Shown here: one piece after another, positions 1-6,587 of the stretch
Layout of the letters: the number at the start of each line of letters is the position of its first letter
Position numbering within the stretch: the stretch's first letter is position 1
NCBI GenBank assembly: GCA_964473825.1
Contig: CAYYQL010000017.1
Coordinates: 17,582-49,581 of the forward strand
Length of the DNA stretch: 32,000 nt
Direction: 5' to 3'
Source: an uncultured archaeon
GTDB taxonomy: Archaea > Asgardarchaeota > Thorarchaeia > Thorarchaeales > Thorarchaeaceae
The notes under the pieces: generated by a model
Database searches by the model: none
Told to the model about the DNA's origin: nothing
Seen by the model: only the letters and a program-made list of their open reading frames with translations
Position numbers and translations under genes: made by a program

Positions 1-825
1 ACCTGGAACATAAGAGATGATTCCTTTCCGATCCATATCCTTGAGTGCCTTCTCGGCAAGAGCACTGACCGGGACAACTAATCGATCAGAAAACTCCTCC
101 TTCATCTTTTCATAGTTGGTTTCAGCAGTAGGTCGGTCAATCTTGTTTGCGGCGATTATGATCGGCTTTGCAATCTGCTGGATACTCGAGGAAAAGCGAC
201 GAAGGTCCTCTTCCGCCCACTTGTCTGCAGACTCTGCTTTCAGTTCTGAGTTTCGAATCGCCTTGAGTATATGACTGCGTTGCACTTTGAGTCCAGAGAG
301 TTTTTCAAGAAGCAATTCGTCAAGCTTAGCCCCCTCTGCACGGACTCTTCCACTGATTCTGCGCCAGTCCTTGGATATTATGCCAAGAATCCACTCGGTC
401 AGTTCCTGCTCCAGCCAACGGACATCTTCTGCAGGGTCGTATGTTCCTGGGGCAACTTCCTGTCCCTCCGCATCCAGAGTGCCACTGCAATCAACAATGT
501 GGATAAGAACATCAGCCTGTCGGAGATCATCCAAGAACTTGTTGCCCATGCCCCTACCTTCATGTGCCCCGGGCACAAGACCGGCAACATCTATCAGCTT
601 GACTGGAATTAACCGTATTCCCTCGATGCATATCGAGTTCTGTGGGCTGTCCTTTACATCAAAATCCAGACAGGCACACTTGGCTCTTACGTGGGTGACT
701 CCGACATTGGCATCTATTGTGGTAAATGGATAGCTACCGACTTTGAAATCAGTCATGCAAGCCGCATTGGTAAAGGAAGTCTTCCCACATGAGGGCTTTC
801 CGACAACGCCAACACTAAATCCCAT
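1..825 (-). CDS. Obg/YchF-family P-loop GTPase/ATPase (archaeal Ygr210-type); C-terminus cut by the window edge
   Basis: Not in the ORF track because it runs off the left edge. Reverse-strand translation from ATG at 825..823 gives MGFSVGVVGKPSCGKTSFTNA (G1 GxxxxGKT), YPFTTIDANVG (G2), LIDVAGLVPGAHEGRGMGNKFLDDLRQADVLIHIVD (G3 plus the YchF/Obg signature) and AANKID (G4 NKxD). Plus-strand ORFs 271..612 and 287..733 are shadows of this frame. Confidence 0.85.
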   Translation of the reverse strand, partial: MGFSVGVVGKPSCGKTSFTNAACMTDFKVGSYPFTTIDANVGVTHVRAKCACLDFDVKDSPQNSICIEGIRLIPVKLIDVAGLVPGAHEGRGMGNKFLDDLRQADVLIHIVDCSGTLDAEGQEVAPGTYDPAEDVRWLEQELTEWILGIISKDWRRISGRVRAEGAKLDELLLEKLSGLKVQRSHILKAIRNSELKAESADKWAEEDLRRFSSSIQQIAKPIIIAANKIDRPTAETNYEKMKEEFSDRLVVPVSALAEKALKDMDRKGIISYVPG

Positions 826-913
826 CTCTTTCTTCACTCCAGATAGGAGATGCAAGGGGAGCAACACGAAATAAAGCTCACCTATTGCTTATGATTAATG
901 CCTCAGCCGATGA

Positions 914-922
914 CTTTTTATG
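914..922 (+). promoter_or_regulatory. TATA-box-like element CTTTTTATG upstream of the nifX-like operon
   Basis: CTTTTTATG lies 46 nt upstream of the ATG at 968. The identical 9-mer is found upstream of rpoE' (7312..7320, minus) and eS30 (30961..30969, minus). Confidence 0.45.
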
Positions 923-930
923 AATCAAGA

Positions 931-948
931 TACGAATCATAATTCGTA
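931..948. promoter_or_regulatory. Perfect inverted repeat TACGAAT-N4-ATTCGTA (operator candidate)
   Basis: tacgaat cata attcgta sits between the TATA-like element (914..922) and the start codon at 968, around the expected transcription start. Confidence 0.4.
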
Positions 949-967
949 ATACAATGGAAGTGTACAA

Positions 968-1390
968 ATGAAAGTATGTGTGACTTCAAGTGGGGCGGAT
1001 TTGGCCTCAGCAGTAGATCCGAGATTTGGGCGGTGCGCGTATTTCATAATAGTCGATACCGACACAATGCAGTCTAGCGCAATTGAGAATGACGCGGCGA
1101 TGGCCTCGGGTGGAGCAGGAATACGTGCGGCCCAGACGGTGGCATCCACAGGTGTGGAAGCTGTGATAACTGGCAGTGTGGGGCCAAATGCGTATCCGGC
1201 TCTTCAGAGCTCGGGCATCAAAATCATGACTGGTGCCGTGGGCACTGTCCGTGAAACGATACAGATGATGAAACAAGACCAATTGCAGGAGAATGCAACA
1301 CCCGGCCCTGCACACCGTGGAATGGGTATGGGACAAGGGCGCGGAATGGGCGGAGGCCGTGGTCAAGGAAGAGGAAGGAGAAATATGTAA
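968..1390 (+). CDS. NifX/NifB-type (dinitrogenase FeMo-cofactor biosynthesis domain) protein with Gly/Arg-rich C-terminal tail
   Basis: ORF-track protein MKVCVTSSGADLASAVDPRFGRCAYFIIVD...GIRAAQ...GVEAVITGSVGPNAYPALQSSGIKI is the typical small NifX-like fold pattern (D.HFGR..F). The tail is RGMGMGQGRGMGGGRGQGRGRR. Confidence 0.8.
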   Translation: MKVCVTSSGADLASAVDPRFGRCAYFIIVDTDTMQSSAIENDAAMASGGAGIRAAQTVASTGVEAVITGSVGPNAYPALQSSGIKIMTGAVGTVRETIQMMKQDQLQENATPGPAHRGMGMGQGRGMGGGRGQGRGRRNM

Positions 1391-1391
1391 A

Positions 1392-1760
1392 ATGAAGAGA
1401 AGAATCGTGATTCCTACGGAAGATCAGGCGGGAAAGATTGTGGCCGACCATTTCGGAAGAGCCCCTTTCTTTGCAGTCTTTGACATTGATAGTGATGGCA
1501 ATATCGCCGGCAAGGAAGTGAACCCAAATCAGGGAGAACACGCTGGCGGAAGGGGGCATGCACATGATAACATCATGCGTTATGGTCCCAATTTGATCAT
1601 CGTGAAAGGAATGGGACCTCGTGGTCTTCGCAGTTTTCAGAGCCAGAACGTAGCAGTCCTACGAGCTGATAGCTCAGATGTGGAAAAGGTCATGCAGAAG
1701 TTCATGCAGCAAGGTCTGCAAGAACTCACCGATGGATGCAGTGACGCGCGCCATCGATGA
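1392..1760 (+). CDS. Second NifX/NifB-type domain protein
   Basis: The internal ATG at 1392 (MKRRIVIPTEDQAGKIVADHFGRAPFFAVFDID...IIVKGMGPRGLRSFQSQNVAV) lies 2 nt after the stop of the preceding gene. The longer track ORF from 1293 would overlap the upstream gene by about 100 nt. It carries the HFGR.PFF motif of the NifX-like family. Confidence 0.8.
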   Translation: MKRRIVIPTEDQAGKIVADHFGRAPFFAVFDIDSDGNIAGKEVNPNQGEHAGGRGHAHDNIMRYGPNLIIVKGMGPRGLRSFQSQNVAVLRADSSDVEKVMQKFMQQGLQELTDGCSDARHR

Positions 1761-1785
1761 GCAAATCTTTAGGGAGCTACTTGGC

Positions 1786-2625
1786 GTGATTATCACAGTG
1801 GCTTCAGGAAAAGGGGGCACTGGAAAGACTACTGTTGCAGTAAACATGGCTCTATCATTAGAAGGAGCCAGATTATTCGATTGTGATGTCGAAGAGCCGA
1901 ACACGCACACGCTTCTCAAGCTTGGAGGATTAGAGTCTCAACCAGTGAAGATGCCCACTCCTTATGTCGATGAGAAGAAATGCACCCTCTGCGGCGAGTG
2001 TGCAGCATTTTGCCAGTTCAATGCGCTATTTGTGGGGAAGGGTAGAGTTCTCGTGTACCCCGAGATGTGTCATTCCTGTGGAGGTTGCGCGATTGTATGC
2101 CCTGAGGGAGCCATAGAGGAGAGAGAAAGAATTGTCGGTAATGTCTTCATTGGGGAAGCAGAAGGAATCTCACTTGTTTTTGGCGAGCTGAATGTTGGCG
2201 AACCAATTGCGACCTCTGTGATAAAGGCCGTCAAGGGTCGAATGCACCGTGATGCAATCAACATCGTCGATGCCCCTCCAGGTACTGCATGCCCAGTCAT
2301 AGAGACCATGCAGGAATCCGACTATCTCATTCTGGTCACAGAACCCACCCCTTTTGGCCTTCATGATTTGGAGATGGCAGCAGATGTGGTCAGGGAAATA
2401 GGTATTCCCCACGGTGTCATAGTGAACAGGGCGGGAATTGGCGATGATTCGGCAAGGTACTTCTGTGAGGAACGAAACATCCCGATTCTGATGGAGATTC
2501 CGTTCGATAGGAGGATTGCCGAGCTGTACTCCGCTGGCACACCCTTCATCGAAGAGATGCCAGAATGGCGGGAGAAGTTCAGGAGTGTCTATGAATGGAT
2601 AGAGGAGGCAGTCAGCAATGGTTAA
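1786..2625 (+). CDS. MinD/ParA-superfamily P-loop ATPase with inserted 2x[4Fe-4S] ferredoxin domain
   Basis: Deviant Walker A SGKGGTGKTT. Two cluster motifs: CTLCGECAAFC and CHSCGGCAIVCPEGAI. Start uncertain: GTG 1786 (product MIITVASGKGG, GGGAG 9 nt upstream) is preferred over ATG 1732 or track start 1678, which overlap the upstream gene. Confidence 0.85.
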   Translation: MIITVASGKGGTGKTTVAVNMALSLEGARLFDCDVEEPNTHTLLKLGGLESQPVKMPTPYVDEKKCTLCGECAAFCQFNALFVGKGRVLVYPEMCHSCGGCAIVCPEGAIEERERIVGNVFIGEAEGISLVFGELNVGEPIATSVIKAVKGRMHRDAINIVDAPPGTACPVIETMQESDYLILVTEPTPFGLHDLEMAADVVREIGIPHGVIVNRAGIGDDSARYFCEERNIPILMEIPFDRRIAELYSAGTPFIEEMPEWREKFRSVYEWIEEAVSNG

Positions 2626-3484
2626 TGAAATAGCAGTCATAAGCGGGAAAGGAGGCACTGGAAAGACTACTGTTGTCGCGGCGCTAATCGCCCTCTCAAA
2701 GAAGACAGTGATGGCTGACTGTGATGTGGATGCCCCTGACCTGCATATACTTCTTGAGCCAGACGTGAAACGAAAGAGTGAGTTTTGTAGCTCAAAGATT
2801 GCTCAGATCAACCCGGAATCGTGTATTCAGTGCGGGCTATGTAGTGAGAAATGCCGATTTGGCGCAGCAAATCCTCCTGAAATAGACCAGATTGCCTGTG
2901 AGGGGTGTGGCGTCTGTGAGCTCATATGCCCCGAGAATGCAATAACGATGAGGGACAGAGTTTCGGGCTACCTGTACGAGTCAGATACGCGGTTTGGACC
3001 AATGGCACATGCGAAACTGCTGGCTGGTGAAGGCAACTCTGGTAAACTCGTTACAGAAGTCCGGAATCTGGGCGTACGACTTGCAGATAACAATGGAAGT
3101 GAATTCGTTCTTATTGACGGCTCACCAGGAATTGGATGCCCTGTTATTGCAACAGTAACGGGTATAGGACTCGGCGTTATTGTCACAGAACCCACATTGT
3201 CTGGTATCCATGATATGAAGCGTGTCGTTGAGCTTCTCCAAAGATTCGATATACCGAGTCTTCTGATAGTGAACAAGTATGACATTAACGTGGAGAACAC
3301 TGAGAAAATGGAACACTTCTGCAGACAGAATAGTGTAGATGTGATTGGTAGAATACCCTTTGATCCTATCATGACACAGTCAATGATAGCAATGCAGACG
3401 CTGCCAGAACATGCACCAGACCACAGAATAACCCGTATTCTAAGAAATGTCCATAGAGAGATAATGAGTAGAATAAAGAGGTAG
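2618..3484 (+). CDS. MinD/ParA-superfamily P-loop ATPase with inserted 2x[4Fe-4S] ferredoxin domain (paralogue)
   Basis: MVNEIAVISGKGGTGKTT Walker A, with CIQCGLCSEKC and CEGCGVCELICPENAI motifs. The start overlaps the previous stop by 8 nt, which indicates translational coupling. Confidence 0.88.
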   Translation: MVNEIAVISGKGGTGKTTVVAALIALSKKTVMADCDVDAPDLHILLEPDVKRKSEFCSSKIAQINPESCIQCGLCSEKCRFGAANPPEIDQIACEGCGVCELICPENAITMRDRVSGYLYESDTRFGPMAHAKLLAGEGNSGKLVTEVRNLGVRLADNNGSEFVLIDGSPGIGCPVIATVTGIGLGVIVTEPTLSGIHDMKRVVELLQRFDIPSLLIVNKYDINVENTEKMEHFCRQNSVDVIGRIPFDPIMTQSMIAMQTLPEHAPDHRITRILRNVHREIMSRIKR

Positions 3485-3525
3485 GGATAGGAGGGTTGCA
3501 GACGGTCTGCGACCACTCTATCATC

Positions 3526-3858
3526 CTATTGTTCAGTTATGTCGTCCAGACGTTTTGATATCCGCTCTATAGAATCCTGTAGTGACTTGATCTGATTCTC
3601 TAAGAATTCTTTCTGCTGCCTGAGAGATTCTACATTCTCTGGTCCAGCAATTGTTCCCGTCGGGGGTGTGGCCGCACTCGGCGAAACACCGTCCCAGTAT
3701 CCCATTGCCCAGCAAGAACCGGGACCATAGAGCCAACCAGGTCGTTCCCAAGGAGGAAGATGACTGAATGGGCCATTACCTGGCCACGCACCACGCCCAG
3801 CTCCTCGGCCGCCAGTGCGGCCACGGCCCCAACCGCCACCTCTGCCATATACATACAT
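3526..3858 (-). CDS. DUF5320-like small protein (Gly/Arg-rich N-terminus, C-terminal coiled coil)
   Basis: From ATG 3858 (GGGGTG SD-like 10 nt upstream): MYVYGRGGGWGRGRTGGRGAGRGAWPGNGPFSHLPPWERPGW...ESLRQQKEFLENQIKSLQDSIERISKRLDDI. This architecture matches my memory of DUF5320 and its usual NifX/MinD/DUF134 neighbourhood. Confidence 0.7.
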   Translation of the reverse strand: MYVYGRGGGWGRGRTGGRGAGRGAWPGNGPFSHLPPWERPGWLYGPGSCWAMGYWDGVSPSAATPPTGTIAGPENVESLRQQKEFLENQIKSLQDSIERISKRLDDITEQ

Positions 3859-3879
3859 TTTTTCATTCACCCCATATTC

Positions 3880-3893
3880 TGTGCAAATGCACA
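3880..3893. promoter_or_regulatory. Palindrome TGTGCA-AA-TGCACA in the DUF5320/DUF134 divergent promoter region
   Basis: Perfect 6-bp arms. On the minus strand it lies between a CTATAAC TATA-like element and the DUF5320 start. Confidence 0.35.
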
Positions 3894-3914
3894 ACTAGTT
3901 ATAGTGTGCATAAC

Positions 3915-3943
3915 TACGAATATAAAGGTTACTTATTGTAACC
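3915..3943 (+). promoter_or_regulatory. TACGAAT half-site + TATAAAGG TATA box + palindrome GGTTAC-N5-GTAACC upstream of DUF134
   Basis: tacgaatataaagg is followed immediately by ggttac ttatt gtaacc (3927..3943). The TATA is about 70 nt upstream of ATG 3994. TACGAAT is the same 7-mer as the half-site at 931..937. Confidence 0.4.
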
Positions 3944-3993
3944 CGAAGAGATAATATCTTAAATGGTCGCAGCTTAGGAACAGTTGATTGGTA

Positions 3994-4302
3994 ATGCACA
4001 GAAGAAGAAGAGGCGCAAGAGGAAGGTTCCCCATCCAGCCAACGATTGACAAGAAACCATCTGTGGAGAGAATGGTTCCAAGACCTGATGGTAACAAGGA
4101 GCCGATCCATCTCAATCTTGCCGAGGCCGAAGCACTAAGGCTTGTTGACCTAGAAGGATTGTATCAAGAGCAGGCAGGAGATTCAATGAGCGTGTCACGA
4201 GGCACCATCTGGAGACTGCTTGCAACTGCAAGGAAGAAAGTCATTCAGGCAATATATGAAGGCCGACCTCTGGTGATTGGGTTGCCTCCCGAAGAAGAGT
4301 AG
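3994..4302 (+). CDS. DUF134 / UPF0251-family predicted DNA-binding protein (sigma-70 region-4-like HTH)
   Basis: MHRRRRGARGRFPIQP...LNLAEAEALRLVDLEGLYQEQAGDSMSVSRGTIWRLLATARKKVIQAI fits the DUF134 pattern of a basic N-terminus followed by an HTH. The track start TTG 3988 is also possible. Confidence 0.75.
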   Translation: MHRRRRGARGRFPIQPTIDKKPSVERMVPRPDGNKEPIHLNLAEAEALRLVDLEGLYQEQAGDSMSVSRGTIWRLLATARKKVIQAIYEGRPLVIGLPPEEE

Positions 4303-4334
4303 TAACCCAGTTGATAGTGTTGTCCGTTTGTTAA

Positions 4335-4366
4335 GACAAGTGGGGGGTAGTCTTGTCCCTATTTTT
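4335..4366 (+). terminator. Hairpin (GACAAG/CTTGTC) followed by T5 run after DUF134
   Basis: gacaag tggggggtagt cttgtc ccta ttttt sits 33 nt after the stop at 4302. Archaeal termination typically occurs at oligo-T. Confidence 0.4.
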
Positions 4367-4511
4367 GGCAGTGAAACAACTAACTCAAAGACTTCCATGA
4401 TCACCCTAAAGAAGGGGCACTAGAAGGCGTCTAAATGCAGTTCTACGTGTTATGGTGGTACAACTCCACCTTATATGGGTACTTTGGCAGCTCATCTCTG
4501 AGAGGTTGAAT

Positions 4512-4931
4512 ATGCAAGTAGAGGTCACGGCAGGTATGGAGTCTATCAAGAACTGCATCTTAGTTCGCAGACCAAGTATTCCGAGGTACTGGGATCCAAT
4601 TGCAAGGCCTCACGTAGCAGTAGTCGTTCTAGAGCCAGACACAGGAAAGGAGTCGAGGTATTATCTGTCAAAGGCGGGGACGGAAGAGAATGGCAAGATA
4701 CTACTAGAAGTGGCGAACTTCAGTGAACTTGCAGAAGGCACTCTACTGGAAGTAAGATACAACTCCATCAAGGCAAATCTATATCAGCTTGAGTTGGTGA
4801 GCGGCATGCCCTGCTGGAGATGGATTGGTCGCTGTCGAGGACTATCGGATTTCGAGTCGGAAGAGGTCGACTGGGACCAGCTACTCTGTAGTAACTACAT
4901 GCTTCTGAGTAGCGTCTATGCAATGAGCTGA
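4512..4931 (+). CDS. Hypothetical protein (no recognisable family)
   Basis: The internal ATG at 4512 is preceded by GAGAGGT (SD-like, 6-nt spacer). The product starts MQVEVTAGMESIKNCILVRRPSIPRYWDP. No motif was recognised. Confidence 0.45.
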   Translation: MQVEVTAGMESIKNCILVRRPSIPRYWDPIARPHVAVVVLEPDTGKESRYYLSKAGTEENGKILLEVANFSELAEGTLLEVRYNSIKANLYQLELVSGMPCWRWIGRCRGLSDFESEEVDWDQLLCSNYMLLSSVYAMS

Positions 4932-5174
4932 GCAGCCTCCGAATGACTACTCCAATATCACAGCTGTCCAGAGCAAGAAGCTGAACAACAATCAACTGGC
5001 GCTTTTGAAAGAAATCGCGAGTCAGTCGCGAGCTGCGATACACAACTGTTTCTTTGAGGAGAGGTCATGCTAGATAGATACTAGCAGGATTTCGGCATAT
5101 TTCCCCTTGGATGAACCAAGAGAAACGTATGTTCTGCGGATTCATCTAATGAAACGTATCTGCAAGAGAAGAAA

Positions 5175-5287
5175 TGGTAGCGGGTGGTCGATTTGAACGA
5201 CCGATCTCGGGGTGTCCCCATCACGGAACTCGACGCGTTTCCGCGTTTATGAGCCCCGCGGGATAGGCCAGGCTTCCCCAACCCGCT
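5175..5287 (-). tRNA. Initiator tRNA-Met (CAT) with a 34-nt canonical-position intron and encoded CCA
   Basis: Minus strand: AGCGGGT TG GGGA AGCCTGGCCTA TCCC G CGGGG CTCATA[intron]A CCCCG AGATC GGTCG TTCAAAT CGACC ACCCGCT A CCA. It has the A1:U72 pair and three consecutive G:C pairs closing the anticodon stem, which are the archaeal initiator hallmarks. Confidence 0.85.
5214..5247 (-). other. tRNA-iMet intron (between positions 37/38)
   Basis: AACGCGGAAACGCGTCGAGTTCCGTGATGGGGAC contains an ACGCG-GAAA-CGCGT hairpin. ATGGG can pair with the anticodon-loop CTCAT to form the bulge-helix-bulge central helix. Boundaries are inferred and may be off by 1-2 nt. Confidence 0.6.
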
Positions 5288-5503
5288 AGTCTGGTAGATG
5301 TTATCCAGCATCAGGTCCAATCAGACAATTCTGTGGGCTGTGTAAGAAATCATGAATCTGACAGGGTTTTAAGCATTGCGAACTGGTGCAGTAGTCTAGG
5401 AGCATGATGAGTTTGTATAGCTTTGTCAAACGAGAACAAAAGCCTTCAGCACTATACAATGCTCGATAATAAGCCATAATTCCAAGACGGGGATAGATGA
5501 CCA

Positions 5504-5761
5504 ATGATATTTGAAGTGGGGATACTTGTGACAATCTATTCGATGTGGATAGTCACTTTGGTAAATGCAATGGTTTCGAGCGAAGAAGTATCTTTGACTA
5601 TTGCCACGCTGCCCTATATCGTCACTTTTCCTGTGGCGCTCATTGTGTCTGCGATGGTTGATGTGATCATCTCAGGCATCTTCCTGATTGATATAATGCT
5701 CACGCTAGTGATTGGAGTGTTATTCTTTGTTAGATGGGTCATGGCCATAGTGGCGGAGTAA
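5504..5761 (+). CDS. Small hydrophobic membrane protein (hypothetical, 2-3 TM)
   Basis: MIFEVGILVTIYSMWIVTLVNAM...VALIVSAMVDVIISGIFLIDIMLTLVIGVLFFV has strongly hydrophobic segments. GGGGAT lies 9 nt upstream. Confidence 0.4.
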   Translation: MIFEVGILVTIYSMWIVTLVNAMVSSEEVSLTIATLPYIVTFPVALIVSAMVDVIISGIFLIDIMLTLVIGVLFFVRWVMAIVAE

Positions 5762-5800
5762 CACTTGGTCTTTGGCCTAGAACGATTGTGAACGTCAGAA

Positions 5801-5968
5801 TTAGCTCTTGTCCTTGCGTTTGAACTCTGTATAGCCACAACGACCGCAGGCAAACCTATCAAAATGCTCGGCCATATAGGTGCCCTTCTCACACCGAGGG
5901 CATTGTCTCTTATCAATGGACACATTTCCGTTCTTGTCAACCTTGTACTTCTTGTGAGTCTCAGCCAT
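5801..5968 (-). CDS. rps27ae: 30S ribosomal protein eS31 (S27ae), zinc ribbon, no ubiquitin fusion
   Basis: Absent from the ORF track because it is only 55 aa. Hand translation: [55 protein letters not shown], with a CxxC...CxxC ribbon. It starts 3 nt after the eS24 stop, the classic S24e-S27ae pair. Confidence 0.9.
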   Translation of the reverse strand: MAETHKKYKVDKNGNVSIDKRQCPRCEKGTYMAEHFDRFACGRCGYTEFKRKDKS

Positions 5969-5971
5969 CCC

Positions 5972-6265
5972 TTAGGCCTCCGTCTTCTTGTCTTCATTCC
6001 GTTTCAACATATAGTCTCTCTCGACGCGCTTCATCTGATCGATGTCGGAATAGATTCTTGCCGTGCCCTCTGTGATGCCAATCCCAAAACGAGTTTCCAT
6101 CTTATTGACAATGACAGATGAGGCATTTGTATCATACTTTGCCATAAGCTTGGAACGAACATCGCGCCTACTGGGAGTAGTGCCATTAATATGCTCGATT
6201 CTGAATCTCAGTTCCCTTCGTCCGAGAGGCTTGTTCTCCTTTTCCTGAAGGATTTCTAACTCCAT
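5972..6265 (-). CDS. rps24e: 30S ribosomal protein eS24 (S24e)
   Basis: MELEILQEKENKPLGRRELRFRIEHINGTTPSRRDVRSKLMAKY...ETRFGIGITEGTARIY. The track ORF begins at GTG 6274; ATG 6265 matches orthologue N-termini (ME.KI...KEN.LL.RRE). Confidence 0.9.
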   Translation of the reverse strand: MELEILQEKENKPLGRRELRFRIEHINGTTPSRRDVRSKLMAKYDTNASSVIVNKMETRFGIGITEGTARIYSDIDQMKRVERDYMLKRNEDKKTEA

Positions 6266-6359
6266 TGACATCACTCTATATATCTGAAGATGACTTGACG
6301 GTCTAGTCAGCCAACCGACCTTGGGTTGGCTAATAAAGCTTTCACAGCAAACATACTGT

Positions 6360-6572
6360 TCAGCGTACCTTTAGAGCGTATTTGCCGGGTTTGTCGACAC
6401 CAAGACGGTCTGCAATGTAAGATGAGTCTCTTGGGTCTTCGGCGGAATCACGTGGAGGTAGAATAACGACTATCCCAGTGTAGGATGTCGAGAGATTCGT
6501 GCTCTTGCAATTAGGACAAATGTTCTCGCTTGTCAAATAGTGACATTGACGACAGGCTTTCAGACGTGCCAA
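6360..6572 (-). CDS. spt4: Transcription elongation factor Spt4 (RpoE'')
   Basis: TTG start with GGAGG 8 nt upstream. MARLKACRQCHYLTSENICPNCKS (zinc ribbon) ...GIVVIL...IADRLGVDKPGKYALKV. It is located directly downstream of rpoE', as in most archaea. Confidence 0.85.
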   Translation of the reverse strand: MARLKACRQCHYLTSENICPNCKSTNLSTSYTGIVVILPPRDSAEDPRDSSYIADRLGVDKPGKYALKVR

Positions 6573-6587
6573 CTTTCTTCCTCCACA

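Noticed and set aside
271-733. Plus-strand ORFs 271..612 and 287..733 (113 and 148 aa)
   Set aside because: They lie antisense to a clearly conserved YchF/Obg-type GTPase frame on the minus strand. Their products are Ser/Arg/Cys-rich with no motifs, so they are shadow ORFs.
5081-5320. Minus-strand ORF of 79 aa
   Set aside because: It overlaps the initiator tRNA gene almost completely, so it is a by-product of the tRNA sequence.
5404-5410. Perfect C-box-like ATGATGA suggesting a box C/D sRNA upstream of the tRNAi gene
   Set aside because: There is no CTGA D box at a suitable distance on the same strand, no terminal stem, and no C'/D' pair.
5614-5997. Minus-strand ORF of 127 aa
   Set aside because: It overlaps the eS31 gene in another frame and the plus-strand membrane ORF. 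The product is Arg/Thr-rich with no motif. The 55-aa eS31 frame explains the region.
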